In this document: piece by piece, positions 1-9,371 of the stretch | Layout: every line of letters begins with the position of its first letter | Numbering within the stretch: position 1 is the stretch's first letter | Source of the DNA: a virus | Taxonomy: Duplodnaviria > Caudoviricetes | Direction: 5' to 3' (one strand) | Virus record (IMG/VR): IMGVR_UViG_3300048557_000187 | Span: 1-29,259 of that record | DNA length: 29,259 nucleotides | The notes under the pieces: generated by a model | Databases searched by the model: none | Seen by the model: only the letters and a program-made list of their open reading frames with translations | Told to the model about the DNA's origin: nothing | Position numbers and translations under genes: made by a program

Positions 1-40
1 CTTTAACAATGACTTTATCATAAAATCAAAAATTAATAAA

Positions 41-358
41 ATGAACTGGAAAATTAACACACTAGAATACACTAACGACTCTGACAAAGGGGTAGTAACG
101 GCACATTGGGATTGCACCCATCACGAAACAGTAGGGGAAGGAGCAGACGCTTTGTCATATCAAGGCAGACGGTACGGTTCTTGCTCTTTTACCCCTGACC
201 CATCATCTGAAGATTACATCGCTTTTGATGACTTAACTGAAGAAATCGTTCTAGGTTGGGTAAAAGCTGAAGTAGGCGAAGAAGATGTTGAATCAAGTAT
301 AACGGCACAAATCGAAGCAAAAAAGAATCCTGCGACTTTGAAAGGATTGGCTTGGTAG
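41..358 (+). CDS. Small acidic tail/fibre-associated protein (DUF7936-like)
   Basis: 'WKINTLE...VVTAHW...YIAFDDLTEEIVLGWV...W' pattern typical of proteins found after phage fibre genes (recognised from memory). Confidence 0.6.
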   Translation: MNWKINTLEYTNDSDKGVVTAHWDCTHHETVGEGADALSYQGRRYGSCSFTPDPSSEDYIAFDDLTEEIVLGWVKAEVGEEDVESSITAQIEAKKNPATLKGLAW

Positions 359-367
359 TTATATTTG
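337..367 (+). promoter_or_regulatory. Bacteroidota-type promoter
   Basis: TTTG (337-340), 19-nt spacer, TATATTTG (360-367), upstream of the ORF at 394. Confidence 0.6.
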
Positions 368-393
368 GGCAACCTTAAACATAATTATACAAG

Positions 394-537
394 ATGACAT
401 TAGAAGAAAGAATCGAAGAACTGAAAGCTCAGGAATCAATAACACAGATGCAACTTGATGAAATCAGATATGTTAAGCAAGGGTATGAAAATACCTTAAA
501 GGCTCAAGCCGAAGAAGCCGAAAAGACTGAAGAATAA
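394..537 (+). CDS. 47-aa coiled-coil hypothetical protein (MTLEERIEELKAQESITQMQLDEIRYVKQGYENTLKAQAEEAEKTEE)
   Basis: Read manually, ATG to TAA. Fills the gap, has heptad pattern and an upstream promoter. Confidence 0.7.
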   Translation: MTLEERIEELKAQESITQMQLDEIRYVKQGYENTLKAQAEEAEKTEE

Positions 538-566
538 TTCTAGTGTGTAGGTAACTTGTTGGTAAT

Positions 567-597
567 TTTGCTTTTCAGTTTAAATTCAATAATTTTG
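567..597 (+). promoter_or_regulatory. Bacteroidota-type promoter
   Basis: TTTG (567-570), 19-nt spacer, TAATTTTG (590-597), 24 nt before the ATG at 622. Confidence 0.65.
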
Positions 598-621
598 GTA
601 AACCTTTACTAACCAAATTAT

Positions 622-1509
622 ATGAAAAAGCACGTTGAAGCGTTGTCCGAAAATGTGCATTTATTTGAATTTGATGGATGCCGTTCTACTGACGTAGTGC
701 CTACACTTTTTTGTTCTGATATACACTTAGATTCTATTGGGTGTAAAAGGGACATACTTAAAAGACACTTTGACGAAGTAAAAGAAGCCGATGGGCTTAT
801 CTTTATTTTTGGCGATTTACTTGATGTCATGGGGTCGTATGGGGATAGACGTTTACAACGTGAAGATATAGACCCACAATTCATTCAGCACGGGCGTACC
901 TACCTTGATTTGGTAGCTGAATACACTATTGAGTTTTTAAAGCCTTACGCAAAGAATATAGCCCTTATATCGTATGGTAATCACGAAAAGACCATAAACA
1001 AATTTCACAACCACGATATACTTCGCTCAATCGTATGGACATTAAACTTAGAGCATGGTGTTAATATCCAGTTGGGTGCATATTCTGGTTGGGTGTTTTT
1101 GCGATTAAGGAACAAGCGTTCCAGTCAGATTTGTAAGATACACTACCATCATGGCTTTGGTGGAAGTGCCAAACGTTCTAAGGGTATGCTAGATGTACAA
1201 ATCGAAGCGATGAAATACCCAGATGCTAATATTTTGGTCCGTGGTCATACGCATCAAAAGTGGTACGACCCATCGACTGCTAGAATGCGAGTTTCACCAA
1301 ATGGCAGAATCTACAAAGACAAAATAAAATACATTCAGTCTGGTAGTTATGTAGATGGCATTGGCGCAGGTAAGTCGGGGTGGGCAGTTGAAAAGAATTT
1401 TAACCCTACCGATATTGGTGGTTGGTTTGTCGATTTCAAGCTTAAGAAATCAAACTCAGACCAACACATTATTAGCCAAGTAATAGAAACACCAGTAGAA
1501 AGTTTCTAA
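622..1509 (+). CDS. Calcineurin-like metallophosphoesterase
   Basis: All five motifs present: SDIH, GDLLD, GNHE, HHG, GHTH. Confidence 0.9.
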   Translation: MKKHVEALSENVHLFEFDGCRSTDVVPTLFCSDIHLDSIGCKRDILKRHFDEVKEADGLIFIFGDLLDVMGSYGDRRLQREDIDPQFIQHGRTYLDLVAEYTIEFLKPYAKNIALISYGNHEKTINKFHNHDILRSIVWTLNLEHGVNIQLGAYSGWVFLRLRNKRSSQICKIHYHHGFGGSAKRSKGMLDVQIEAMKYPDANILVRGHTHQKWYDPSTARMRVSPNGRIYKDKIKYIQSGSYVDGIGAGKSGWAVEKNFNPTDIGGWFVDFKLKKSNSDQHIISQVIETPVESF

Positions 1510-1589
1510 TTTTTTTTCTTTGTTTAAAGGTATCTAAGGGCATATTTTACCCACTATTTAACTTTTATTTAAAATAAATTAAAAAAAAA

Positions 1590-1653
1590 CTTGACAAGTA
1601 TTATTTATTACTTGTATATTTCTTTCAACAAACGATAACAAACCTACAGAACA
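1590..1653 (+). promoter_or_regulatory. Promoter with internal inverted repeat and conserved leader (copy 1)
   Basis: CTTG/TTGACA ... TATATTTC. ACAAGTA-N8-TACTTGT at 1594-1615. Leader AAACGATAACAAACCTACAGAA at 1630-1651. Confidence 0.65.
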
Positions 1654-1947
1654 ATGAAAATTACAAAAGACACCTTCAAACAACTTTCAACACTTAAAAA
1701 GTACAATGTTGAATTTCAGTCTACACCATACAATTACAAAGAACGTGTGTGCATATCAACTAACGGTACTGGATATGCTGATGTTTTCTACTATTTTGAG
1801 GTTTCAAACTATGGAACCGGTAAAGAATATGTGAGTTTCATAAAAAGATATTCAATGAATACTGGCAAAGGTAGTAGAAGCTTTACTGCTGGATATAACT
1901 TCGAAAAAAGAATCGTAAGAGATTTACAAAAAGCAAACTTAATTTAA
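1654..1947 (+). CDS. Hypothetical protein (island 1)
   Basis: 97-aa ORF directly behind the conserved leader. Confidence 0.75.
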   Translation: MKITKDTFKQLSTLKKYNVEFQSTPYNYKERVCISTNGTGYADVFYYFEVSNYGTGKEYVSFIKRYSMNTGKGSRSFTAGYNFEKRIVRDLQKANLI

Positions 1948-1959
1948 CAACCAACAACA

Positions 1960-1986
1960 GAAGGGAAGGCACAAAGCCTTCCTTTC
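1960..1986 (+). other. Stem-loop without U-tract
   Basis: GAAGGGAAGGC-ACAAA-GCCTTCCTTTC, 11 bp with one G-U pair, intergenic. Confidence 0.7.
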
Positions 1987-2041
1987 ATAACAACAAAACA
2001 ACAAATATGTTGTCATATATAACAACAAAACAAACAAAATA

Positions 2042-2221
2042 ATGAAAGAACATCAAATACATATAATCAAAGAATACGTTTCAACTGCTTTAATTAGCGA
2101 TGACCCAGAAAAATATCTAATAAACAGTATTACTAAGCTTATAGAAGCTTATGAAGATGACAAAGACGAAGCTATGGAATACCTATTCGAAGCCGAAAAA
2201 CAAATACCTATAAGACAATGA
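2042..2221 (+). CDS. 59-aa acidic hypothetical protein (MKEHQIHIIKEYVSTALISDDPEKY...)
   Basis: Read manually. A-rich leader, ATGA overlap with the next ORF. Confidence 0.7.
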   Translation: MKEHQIHIIKEYVSTALISDDPEKYLINSITKLIEAYEDDKDEAMEYLFEAEKQIPIRQ

Positions 2222-2367
2222 AAATACTTGCATATATATGCGGTCTAATATTCGCTTTCTTCCTTATTGTGGAAGGCGAAACTTTAAAGCACATACTTAT
2301 ACAACTTGTAATGATAACAACAACTGGAACATACTTAGTACATTATGCCAATAGAAGAACCGTATAA
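2218..2367 (+). CDS. 49-aa small membrane protein (MKILAYICGLIFAFFLIVEG...)
   Basis: Read manually. Hydrophobic, translationally coupled by ATGA. Confidence 0.6.
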   Translation: MKILAYICGLIFAFFLIVEGETLKHILIQLVMITTTGTYLVHYANRRTV

Positions 2368-2767
2368 CTTAATCAAGAAGGTAGAAGAAGGTAACCTTAA
2401 GGCAAGTAATGCCTATGTAACACTTCGTGCGTTAAAAAGCGAAATTGAATACGCTATAAAGCAAATAGAAAGTCAAATCATTGACGAACTGACTTACTTA
2501 GATAAGAAAGAAGCCCTAGTTGTAAATGGGTACAAAATTACCCATGTTGCAGGAAGAACTTCTTACGACTATAAAGAAAGTTCAATGTGGAAAGAAGCAG
2601 ACACAGAAAAGAAGCGAATCGAAAGATTAATAAAGGTAGCAACCAAAGACGGTGTGTCAATAGTGGACCAACATACGGGCGAAGTAATCGAACCCGTACA
2701 AATCAAACAAGGTAACGGATATATAAAAATGGAACAATCAAATGAAGATTTACAAAAAATTATTTAA
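2345..2767 (+). CDS. Hypothetical protein, recombination-module partner of ERF
   Basis: 140-aa helical ORF with 'D..TGEVI' tail, directly upstream of ERF. Confidence 0.7.
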   Translation: MPIEEPYNLIKKVEEGNLKASNAYVTLRALKSEIEYAIKQIESQIIDELTYLDKKEALVVNGYKITHVAGRTSYDYKESSMWKEADTEKKRIERLIKVATKDGVSIVDQHTGEVIEPVQIKQGNGYIKMEQSNEDLQKII

Positions 2768-3278
2768 GGTAACAAGCACAATGGATAAGATGAAGAAGGA
2801 TTCAACGAACCCTTTCTTCAAGTCAAAGTATTTTGATATTAACCAACTGATAGAGGCAGTACGACCTGCACTTATTGCAGAAGATTTACTACTACTTCAG
2901 CCCATAGAAAATGGTGCAGTTGGTACACGAATCATAGACATAGAAACTGGTGATTCAGTAGAAGCATTTATTTCTTTGCCAGATATACAAGACCCACAAA
3001 AGCTTGGTGCTTGTGTAACGTATTATCGAAGGTTTACACTAGGTAGTTTACTAGGCATAGAAGCAGAAGATGATGACGGGAATCTTGCCGCAGGCAATAA
3101 GCCAAAAGTATCTAAAGCCTTCAAGAAAGAAGAAAAAAAACCTTGGCTTAATGAAGGTATGCCCGAATGGGATAAGGCAGAAGAGTTTGTAAAGGGTGGT
3201 GGTAGTCCTAGCCTTTTACGGCAGAAGTACGCAGTATCTAAACCCAACATGGATTATTTTTACTCAATAGCTAAATAA
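2742..3278 (+). CDS. erf: ERF-family single-strand annealing protein
   Basis: 'NPFFKSKY' and 'DPQKLGACVTYYRRFTL...EDDDGN' ERF motifs. Confidence 0.9.
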   Translation: MKIYKKLFKVTSTMDKMKKDSTNPFFKSKYFDINQLIEAVRPALIAEDLLLLQPIENGAVGTRIIDIETGDSVEAFISLPDIQDPQKLGACVTYYRRFTLGSLLGIEAEDDDGNLAAGNKPKVSKAFKKEEKKPWLNEGMPEWDKAEEFVKGGGSPSLLRQKYAVSKPNMDYFYSIAK

Positions 3279-3285
3279 TATAATT

Positions 3286-3480
3286 ATGACACCAGAAAAA
3301 GAACTAGAAGAAATTCGTAAATGGCTTTCTTCACAAGACCTAAACGATTTAAGCTTTGCTATACAAATACCCGTGCCAAGACTTAGGGCATTTAGAAACA
3401 TGGACACAATCGACCCTGCTTACACGACAATCAGAAAACTACAAAACTATAAAAATGGAACTGTTAAACTTAATGCTTGA
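3286..3480 (+). CDS. Small Cro/XRE-like helix-turn-helix protein
   Basis: 'DLSFAIQIPVPRLRAFRN...P.YTTIRKL' HTH spacing. Paralogue of 10406..10594. Confidence 0.6.
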   Translation: MTPEKELEEIRKWLSSQDLNDLSFAIQIPVPRLRAFRNMDTIDPAYTTIRKLQNYKNGTVKLNA

Positions 3481-3604
3481 TGGTATTGGGTTGCTAGCTA
3501 AGGTACTTGGTTTTATTGCGTTGTATTCAATAGCTATTGCCCTTACTGATTGGCGTAAAACAGAAAGATACAAACGGTCATTTAATAAGGTAAAAGATGA
3601 GTAA
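3455..3604 (+). CDS. 49-aa single-pass membrane protein
   Basis: Start refined to ATG 3455. Hydrophobic segment followed by a basic tail. Confidence 0.6.
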   Translation: MELLNLMLDGIGLLAKVLGFIALYSIAIALTDWRKTERYKRSFNKVKDE

Positions 3605-4070
3605 GGCACAATTTTTAGATGACCTAGAAGAAGGCAAGTATGGTGAATATCTGTTTCAAAGATATTTACAACTGAAAGGGTTAAATGTGCAACCTGCACC
3701 AGAATCTGAATTTCCCTTCTACGATATAGCAAGTATTCTTTACGGTAAAAAACATACTTACGAAGTAAAGACAGACAGATTAATACATAAGACTGGTAAC
3801 TTTTATATAGAGTTTCTAAACATCAATCGTATGGCTTTGTCTGGTATTTTTACAAGTACGGCTGACTTCTATGTTTATATTGATAGAGATAGCCTAAAAG
3901 CGTACATTTTTAATCGTGGCTACTTACTTAGATTTATATTTGAAGGCAAGTATAAAACCCTTAAATCAAAAGTAGATAATGAAAACGCATTGGGTTGGAT
4001 AGTGCCAACAATAGACGTTGTAAATAAAGAACCACATCTTAAAACAATAGATTTAAATGGGATTGAATAG
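3597..4070 (+). CDS. PD-(D/E)XK nuclease-fold phage protein
   Basis: 'GKYGE...YD...EVKTD...TGNFYIEF...SGI..STAD' pattern. Confidence 0.7.
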   Translation: MSKAQFLDDLEEGKYGEYLFQRYLQLKGLNVQPAPESEFPFYDIASILYGKKHTYEVKTDRLIHKTGNFYIEFLNINRMALSGIFTSTADFYVYIDRDSLKAYIFNRGYLLRFIFEGKYKTLKSKVDNENALGWIVPTIDVVNKEPHLKTIDLNGIE

Positions 4071-4479
4071 AAGCAAAAATTTAAGTAGTGCCAAAGCTAC
4101 TTGCGATGCTTGGTTTTCAAAGTATGTACGGCTACGTGATGCCAACCATAATGAGTTGTGCAAATGTATTACGTGCAACACTATCAAGCATTGGAAAGAA
4201 ATGGATTGTGGTCATTTTCAAAGCCGTAGATTTTCGGCAACAAGATACCACGAGCAGAACGCACACGCACAATGTCAATCCTGCAACAAATACAACGCAG
4301 GTGAACAGTACCGACACGGCATCGAAATAGATTTACTATACGGTGAAGGAACGGCAGATTATTTAGAACAACTGTCTAGGAGCATGATAAAACTTAATAA
4401 GGTTGAAGTTATGGAACTAGCACAGTATTATAAACAAGAAGCAGAAAAAATAGCAAAAGAAAAGGTAATACAATTATGA
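4057..4479 (+). CDS. ninG: NinG/Rap-family recombination endonuclease
   Basis: 'YVRLRD', CITC, 'DCGHF.SR', 'N.HAQCQSCN'. Confidence 0.9.
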   Translation: MGLNRSKNLSSAKATCDAWFSKYVRLRDANHNELCKCITCNTIKHWKEMDCGHFQSRRFSATRYHEQNAHAQCQSCNKYNAGEQYRHGIEIDLLYGEGTADYLEQLSRSMIKLNKVEVMELAQYYKQEAEKIAKEKVIQL

Positions 4480-4844
4480 ACAAAGTAATATTAATAGGCA
4501 GACTGGGTGCAAATCCAGAAACCAGATTCACACAAACAAACACACCCGTATGCAACTGGTCTTTAGCGACTAGCAAAAAAGTAAAGGGTGAAGATAAAAC
4601 AGAATGGCACAACATAGTGGCATTTAGCAAAACGGCTGAAATAGCCCAACAATATTTAACCAAGGGTTCTTTGGTTGGTATAGAAGGCTCTCTTCAAACT
4701 ACAAGCTATGAAAAAGATGGGATTACTAAATACAGTACGCAAATCATTTGTGATAGACTTGAAATGCTAGGGGGAAAAGCAGAACAGAAAGAAGAGTCTG
4801 TTAAAGTAGACATGAACAACATAGATGATGACCTACCATTCTAG
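4476..4844 (+). CDS. ssb: Single-stranded DNA-binding protein
   Basis: 'MNKVILIGRLG..PE', 'TEWH' and the C-terminal DDDLPF. Confidence 0.97.
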   Translation: MNKVILIGRLGANPETRFTQTNTPVCNWSLATSKKVKGEDKTEWHNIVAFSKTAEIAQQYLTKGSLVGIEGSLQTTSYEKDGITKYSTQIICDRLEMLGGKAEQKEESVKVDMNNIDDDLPF

Positions 4845-4846
4845 CT

Positions 4847-5506
4847 ATGGGCAAAGGATGGATAAAACTGCATAGACAGTTTTTAGAATGGGAATGGTAC
4901 GATGAACCGAACTGTACAAGGGTATTCCTACATTGCTTACTAAAGGCTAATCATAAAGATAAGCGTTATAGGGGTGATGTCATTAAAAGGGGTACTTTTG
5001 TTACAAGTTTGGAAATTCTCTCACATGAATTAAGTATTACTACCCAACAATTAAGAACTGTTTTTAAGAAGCTAGAAAGTACTGGCGAAATCAACAGACA
5101 AAGCAACAGACGTGGCACTGTTGTAAATGTATGCAACTACGATACTTACCAAGACGTAGATTCCGATAGCAACACACGGAGCAACAAACAACTAACAAAC
5201 AAGCAACAGACAAGCAACAAACAAGTAACAACTACTAAGAATGATAAGAATGAAAAGAATGTAAAGAATGAAAAGAATATAATACCCACACTATCGGAAG
5301 TAGAAGAATATTTTACTGAAACTGATAAGATTGGTAGCACCCATATAACACTAGAAGCTGAAAACTTTATCAACCATTACGAATCATTAGATTGGAAAAA
5401 GAACGGTAGAAAAATTAAAAGATGGAAACTTCAAGCTAGCACATGGGCAAACAATTACGTAAAATTCAGCAAACAAAAAGATAACAAATTTGAAAACCCA
5501 TTCTAA
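4847..5506 (+). CDS. Phage replication initiator (lambda O/replisome-organiser-like)
   Basis: 'GWIKLHR' N-terminus, winged-HTH region, iteron-encoded N/K/Q linker, C-terminal 'F..HY...W...W' domain. Confidence 0.85.
   Translation: MGKGWIKLHRQFLEWEWYDEPNCTRVFLHCLLKANHKDKRYRGDVIKRGTFVTSLEILSHELSITTQQLRTVFKKLESTGEINRQSNRRGTVVNVCNYDTYQDVDSDSNTRSNKQLTNKQQTSNKQVTTTKNDKNEKNVKNEKNIIPTLSEVEEYFTETDKIGSTHITLEAENFINHYESLDWKKNGRKIKRWKLQASTWANNYVKFSKQKDNKFENPF
5181..5280 (+). repeat. Iteron-like tandem repeats, probable replication origin
   Basis: Five 11-mers (GCAACAAACAA consensus, 5181-5235) followed by five 9-mers (WAAGAATGA consensus, 5236-5280). Confidence 0.8.
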
Positions 5507-6054
5507 TGGAAACACGAATAGCCAATACGAAGTATGAAGTAAACAATTATCGCTCGTTACAGATGAAATTTGAGTACGATAAGAACATTTTAAACACTCT
5601 TTACCAGTTCCATATTGATATAGGTGCTACAAAGGAACTACCAACTGACAAGAAAGCATTAAAGGATTATCTAATTAGACTACATGAAACAATCACAGTA
5701 AACAACCCAATATTACCAGACCATGTTAGATTTGATTCAGTCTACGGGGTGTGGATGATGGCAGTTGTTTATGAAGTAGCTAAAAGGCATGGTAATAATA
5801 TATCAGCCCTAGCTAGATGTTTTAACGACTGGTTTAAATTAAATGCTGATGAATTTATTCCTAAGAATGAACTACCCTACAATCAAAGTAAATCTAGGAC
5901 CATAAAAGAGTTCACAAACGTAGAAATATCAAGGCTTTACGATATAGTAGAAATGCTTAATTATGGTGATTTAATAGGTGGGTTATTTAGTACTGGTGGT
6001 GCAAATTCGTTCTTTAAGCGTTTGAAGTCTGAATATGAATTAAGGGGATTATAA
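5506..6054 (+). CDS. Hypothetical protein (helicase-loader position)
   Basis: 182-aa ORF coupled by TAATG to the initiator. No motif recognised. Confidence 0.7.
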   Translation: METRIANTKYEVNNYRSLQMKFEYDKNILNTLYQFHIDIGATKELPTDKKALKDYLIRLHETITVNNPILPDHVRFDSVYGVWMMAVVYEVAKRHGNNISALARCFNDWFKLNADEFIPKNELPYNQSKSRTIKEFTNVEISRLYDIVEMLNYGDLIGGLFSTGGANSFFKRLKSEYELRGL

Positions 6055-6074
6055 AATTTTTGTATATTTAAATT

Positions 6075-7190
6075 ATGAAAGTAATAGAACGCAAAATAAA
6101 TGAACTTATTCCTGCTGAATACAATCCTAGGCAGTTGAGTAAAGAACAAGCAGAACAACTTAAGGCAAGCTTGCAAAGATTTGGAGCAGTTGACCCTGCT
6201 ATTGTAAACATACACCCTGAACGTAAAAATATTATAGTGGGTGGACATCAAAGGTTAAAGACTGCGCAAAGTATAGGGTGGGAAACATTCCCGTGCGTAG
6301 AAGTAGAACTAGATAGGGATAAAGAACGTGAACTTAACATTCGGCTAAATAAAAACACGGGTGCTTGGGATTACGATGCCCTAGCTAATTACTTCGAAGT
6401 AGAGGAACTTACCGATTGGGGATTCAGCGATGAGGAACTATTTGGGAATATAGAGGCAGAGGAAGTCGAGGCAGAGGAGGATAACTACGAAGAACCCGAA
6501 GATATAAAAGTCGATGTAGTGTTGGGCGATTTAATCGAGATAGGCGAACATCGTTTGCTTTGTGGGGATAGTACAGATTCCGACCAAGTGGCGAAGCTGA
6601 TGAATGGGGAGAAGGTTGATATGGTATTTACCGACCCACCTTATGGGATGAATGCAGTATCAAAAAGTGGTGTTTTATCAAAAAATTATAAAACAGATAT
6701 ATTAGGCGATGATAACACAGATTGTGCTAAAGATTCTTTTAATCTGATACATTCATTATATCCTGATGCGATACATATATGGTGGGGTGCTAATTATTAT
6801 TCATCTTGCTTACCCGATTCTGAATGTTGGATTGTATGGGATAAAAACAATGGTGGAAGCGACCAGACTGATTGTGAATTAGCTTGGTGTAATGCAAGAA
6901 GCGTTGTAAGACAATTTACAAAGGCCTCTGAAAAAACTAATCGTGTTCATCCAACTCAAAAACCAGTTGATTTAATTGATTGGTCAATAAAAAAATTTTG
7001 TAACAATGCTCAACTAATATGTGATTATTTTTTGGGAAGTGGTGCAACAATAGTAGCTTCACACCAACTTAAACGCAAATGCTACGGAATGGAGTTAGAC
7101 CCTAAATACTGCCAAGTCATTATTGACCGAATGAAAAAGCTAGATGATACGTTGGAGATAAAAATAAACGGTGAACCCTATGGCGTATAA
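6075..7190 (+). CDS. ParB-like N-terminal domain fused to an N6A/N4C DNA methyltransferase
   Basis: 'YNPR...GGHQRL' ParB-like region. DPPY, HPTQKP and D.FLGSG motifs in beta-class order. Confidence 0.92.
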   Translation: MKVIERKINELIPAEYNPRQLSKEQAEQLKASLQRFGAVDPAIVNIHPERKNIIVGGHQRLKTAQSIGWETFPCVEVELDRDKERELNIRLNKNTGAWDYDALANYFEVEELTDWGFSDEELFGNIEAEEVEAEEDNYEEPEDIKVDVVLGDLIEIGEHRLLCGDSTDSDQVAKLMNGEKVDMVFTDPPYGMNAVSKSGVLSKNYKTDILGDDNTDCAKDSFNLIHSLYPDAIHIWWGANYYSSCLPDSECWIVWDKNNGGSDQTDCELAWCNARSVVRQFTKASEKTNRVHPTQKPVDLIDWSIKKFCNNAQLICDYFLGSGATIVASHQLKRKCYGMELDPKYCQVIIDRMKKLDDTLEIKINGEPYGV

Positions 7191-7542
7191 GACTGAAGAT
7201 TTATATAAAGATGCCCTTGGTGTAATTAAAGAATACAACCTTTTTTTTGTGGCTGATGTTCTTGCTTATTTAGGTATTAGTAAAGATACTTTTTATAGGC
7301 ATTTTCCTTTGGAATCAGACGAATCAAACGCTATAAAAGAAGAATTAGATAAAAATAAAGCACGTACTAAAATAAGCATACGTTCTAAATTACATAAAAG
7401 TACATCACCAACTGGGTTACTAGCTTTATACAAGCTTATATGTACCGATGATGAGAGAAAATCCCTTAGTATGCAACACCATGACCATACAACCGATGGT
7501 GATAAAATAAATGAAGTAACGGTTAGAATCGTTGAAACATAG
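7180..7542 (+). CDS. terS: Terminase small subunit (putative)
   Basis: HTH '[12 protein letters not shown]' and '[10 protein letters not shown]' tail. Directly upstream of terL. ATG 7180 preferred to GTG 7171. Confidence 0.75.
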   Translation: MAYKTEDLYKDALGVIKEYNLFFVADVLAYLGISKDTFYRHFPLESDESNAIKEELDKNKARTKISIRSKLHKSTSPTGLLALYKLICTDDERKSLSMQHHDHTTDGDKINEVTVRIVET

Positions 7543-8719
7543 TTTTGATGCAAATAAACTTTATCCACTAACGTATAACAGTACTAAACCCTACATAGTA
7601 CATCAAGGTGGTACATCTTCTGGTAAGACTTACGCCATTCTTCAGGTGTTAATAATGAAGGCGGCAACAGAAAATGATTTAGTCATTACTGTTGTTGGTC
7701 AAGACATACCGAATTTAAGGGTAGGTGCGTATCGGGATGCACAAACAATTATCTTTAACGACCCATTCTTTACCCAAGAACTCAAGGACCACAATAAAAG
7801 CAATAGGGTGTTTACTTTTGTCAACGGCTCTAAGATTGAATTTAATTCATACAATGACGAAATAGATGCAAGAAGTGGTAAAAGAACACATTCATTTTTC
7901 AACGAAGCAAACGGCATAGACTATGGTATTTTCGAACAGATTAGTATGCGTACTACTTACCAGACCATCATTGACTTTAATCCTTCGGCAAGCTTCTGGG
8001 CGCACGAAAAACTTTATGGTCGTGATGACGTGGATTGGTTTGTTTCTACTTACCGTGATAATGCGTTCATACAATCTAGTATTAAGAAGAAAATAGAAAG
8101 CTACGAACCTACTACAGAAAACATAAAGGCAGGTACGGCTAACCAATACAGATGGCAAGTCTATGGACTGGGTGAAGTAGGTAGGCTAGAAGGCTTGGTG
8201 TTTCCTAACTTTGAAACTACAAACGACTTTCCAGATAATTTTAAGTGGCGATGCTTCGGGCTTGACTGGGGTTACACAAACGACCCAACTGCCCTTGTCG
8301 AAATACGCTATGCAGGTGGTGCTTTATACTGGAAGCAACACATTTACCGAAGGCAACTTACCAACCAACATATTAGCCGTTTAATCAAAGAGCTGGGCAT
8401 AACAGATGAAATAGTAGCAGATAGTGCTGAACCTAAAAGCATTGCTGAATTAAGAAACCATGGTGTATGGGTCAAGCCCGCTAAGAAGGGTAAAGATTCT
8501 GTCATGTTTGGAATCCAGTTGCTACAAGACTACCCGATTAAAATACACGCACAAAGCAAAGACCTAATAGAAGAATTTAGTAGCTACACTTGGGCAAAAG
8601 ATAGAAGTGGCTCACCTACCAACAAACCCATAGATGATTTTAACCACGGCATAGATGCAGGTAGATACACAATCATGGACCGAATGAAGAAAAAGACCCT
8701 AGATATTTCTTTGATTTAA
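7532..8719 (+). CDS. terL: Terminase large subunit (PBSX/SPP1-like)
   Basis: Walker A GGTSSGKT, Walker B FFNEA, DFNP, nuclease motifs DWGY, DSAEP, NHGIDA. TTG start. Confidence 0.95.
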   Translation: MKHSFDANKLYPLTYNSTKPYIVHQGGTSSGKTYAILQVLIMKAATENDLVITVVGQDIPNLRVGAYRDAQTIIFNDPFFTQELKDHNKSNRVFTFVNGSKIEFNSYNDEIDARSGKRTHSFFNEANGIDYGIFEQISMRTTYQTIIDFNPSASFWAHEKLYGRDDVDWFVSTYRDNAFIQSSIKKKIESYEPTTENIKAGTANQYRWQVYGLGEVGRLEGLVFPNFETTNDFPDNFKWRCFGLDWGYTNDPTALVEIRYAGGALYWKQHIYRRQLTNQHISRLIKELGITDEIVADSAEPKSIAELRNHGVWVKPAKKGKDSVMFGIQLLQDYPIKIHAQSKDLIEEFSSYTWAKDRSGSPTNKPIDDFNHGIDAGRYTIMDRMKKKTLDISLI

Positions 8720-8802
8720 AACAAGGAACACCCGTTCCTAAAAAAAATTTTACTGTAAAAACACGCTCTACATACCCATAAAGGGCTATTCCTAACCTTA
8801 TT

Positions 8803-8880
8803 AAAAAATAATTTAAAAATTTATTTGTACGGTATTGTCAAGATGTTTATATTTGAAAAAACGATAACAAAACTACAGAA
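8803..8880 (+). promoter_or_regulatory. Promoter plus conserved leader (copy 2)
   Basis: AAAAAATAATTTAAAAATTTATTTG..GGTATTGT; TTTG-N20-TATATTTG (8824-8855); AAACGATAACAAAACTACAGAA. Confidence 0.8.
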
Positions 8881-9371
8881 TGATGGAAAATTTAAATATA
8901 GCAAACACAGAAAACAGTTACGGTGATTGGAGTAAATTACATGATGCAGAACGTACATTGGAAGAACATTATGTGAATATGGGTGTGCGTTTAGCCTTTA
9001 CCGAAGATGGCTACCAAATACCATTACACGAAAGTGGATGGCGTTGCAGTGAGTTTTATAGAAGGGCAGAATGGTGGGGTTGTACAAAAAAACGAACTGC
9101 AAACCAACGCTCAGAAAATATTTTAGCAATAAGAGTTGTGCGTAAAAGCGAAAGTGGCAAAACACTATATGTGCAGTTTAAGTACAATCATCATTACGAA
9201 AAAGATAATTGGAGCGAAAATGAATTTGTAACTGACATGGAAGCATTACGGCTACACATTTGGCGATGCGAAACCCGTAAGCTAGAAGAATATGCCAAGA
9301 TAAAAGTTAGAAAAAAATTAACAGATAGCAGAACTGATGCAATAAAGTGGGACAATACATACTATATGTAA
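8880..9371 (+). CDS. Hypothetical protein (island 2)
   Basis: 163-aa Trp-rich ORF behind the conserved leader. Confidence 0.75.
   Translation: MMENLNIANTENSYGDWSKLHDAERTLEEHYVNMGVRLAFTEDGYQIPLHESGWRCSEFYRRAEWWGCTKKRTANQRSENILAIRVVRKSESGKTLYVQFKYNHHYEKDNWSENEFVTDMEALRLHIWRCETRKLEEYAKIKVRKKLTDSRTDAIKWDNTYYM

Noticed and set aside
3597-7190. Restriction-modification pair (PD-(D/E)XK protein plus MTase)
   Set aside because: Genes are separated by the replication module, and both types are common stand-alone phage genes.
7561-7569. DnaA box (TTATCCACT)
   Set aside because: Single one-mismatch copy inside terL, expected by chance.
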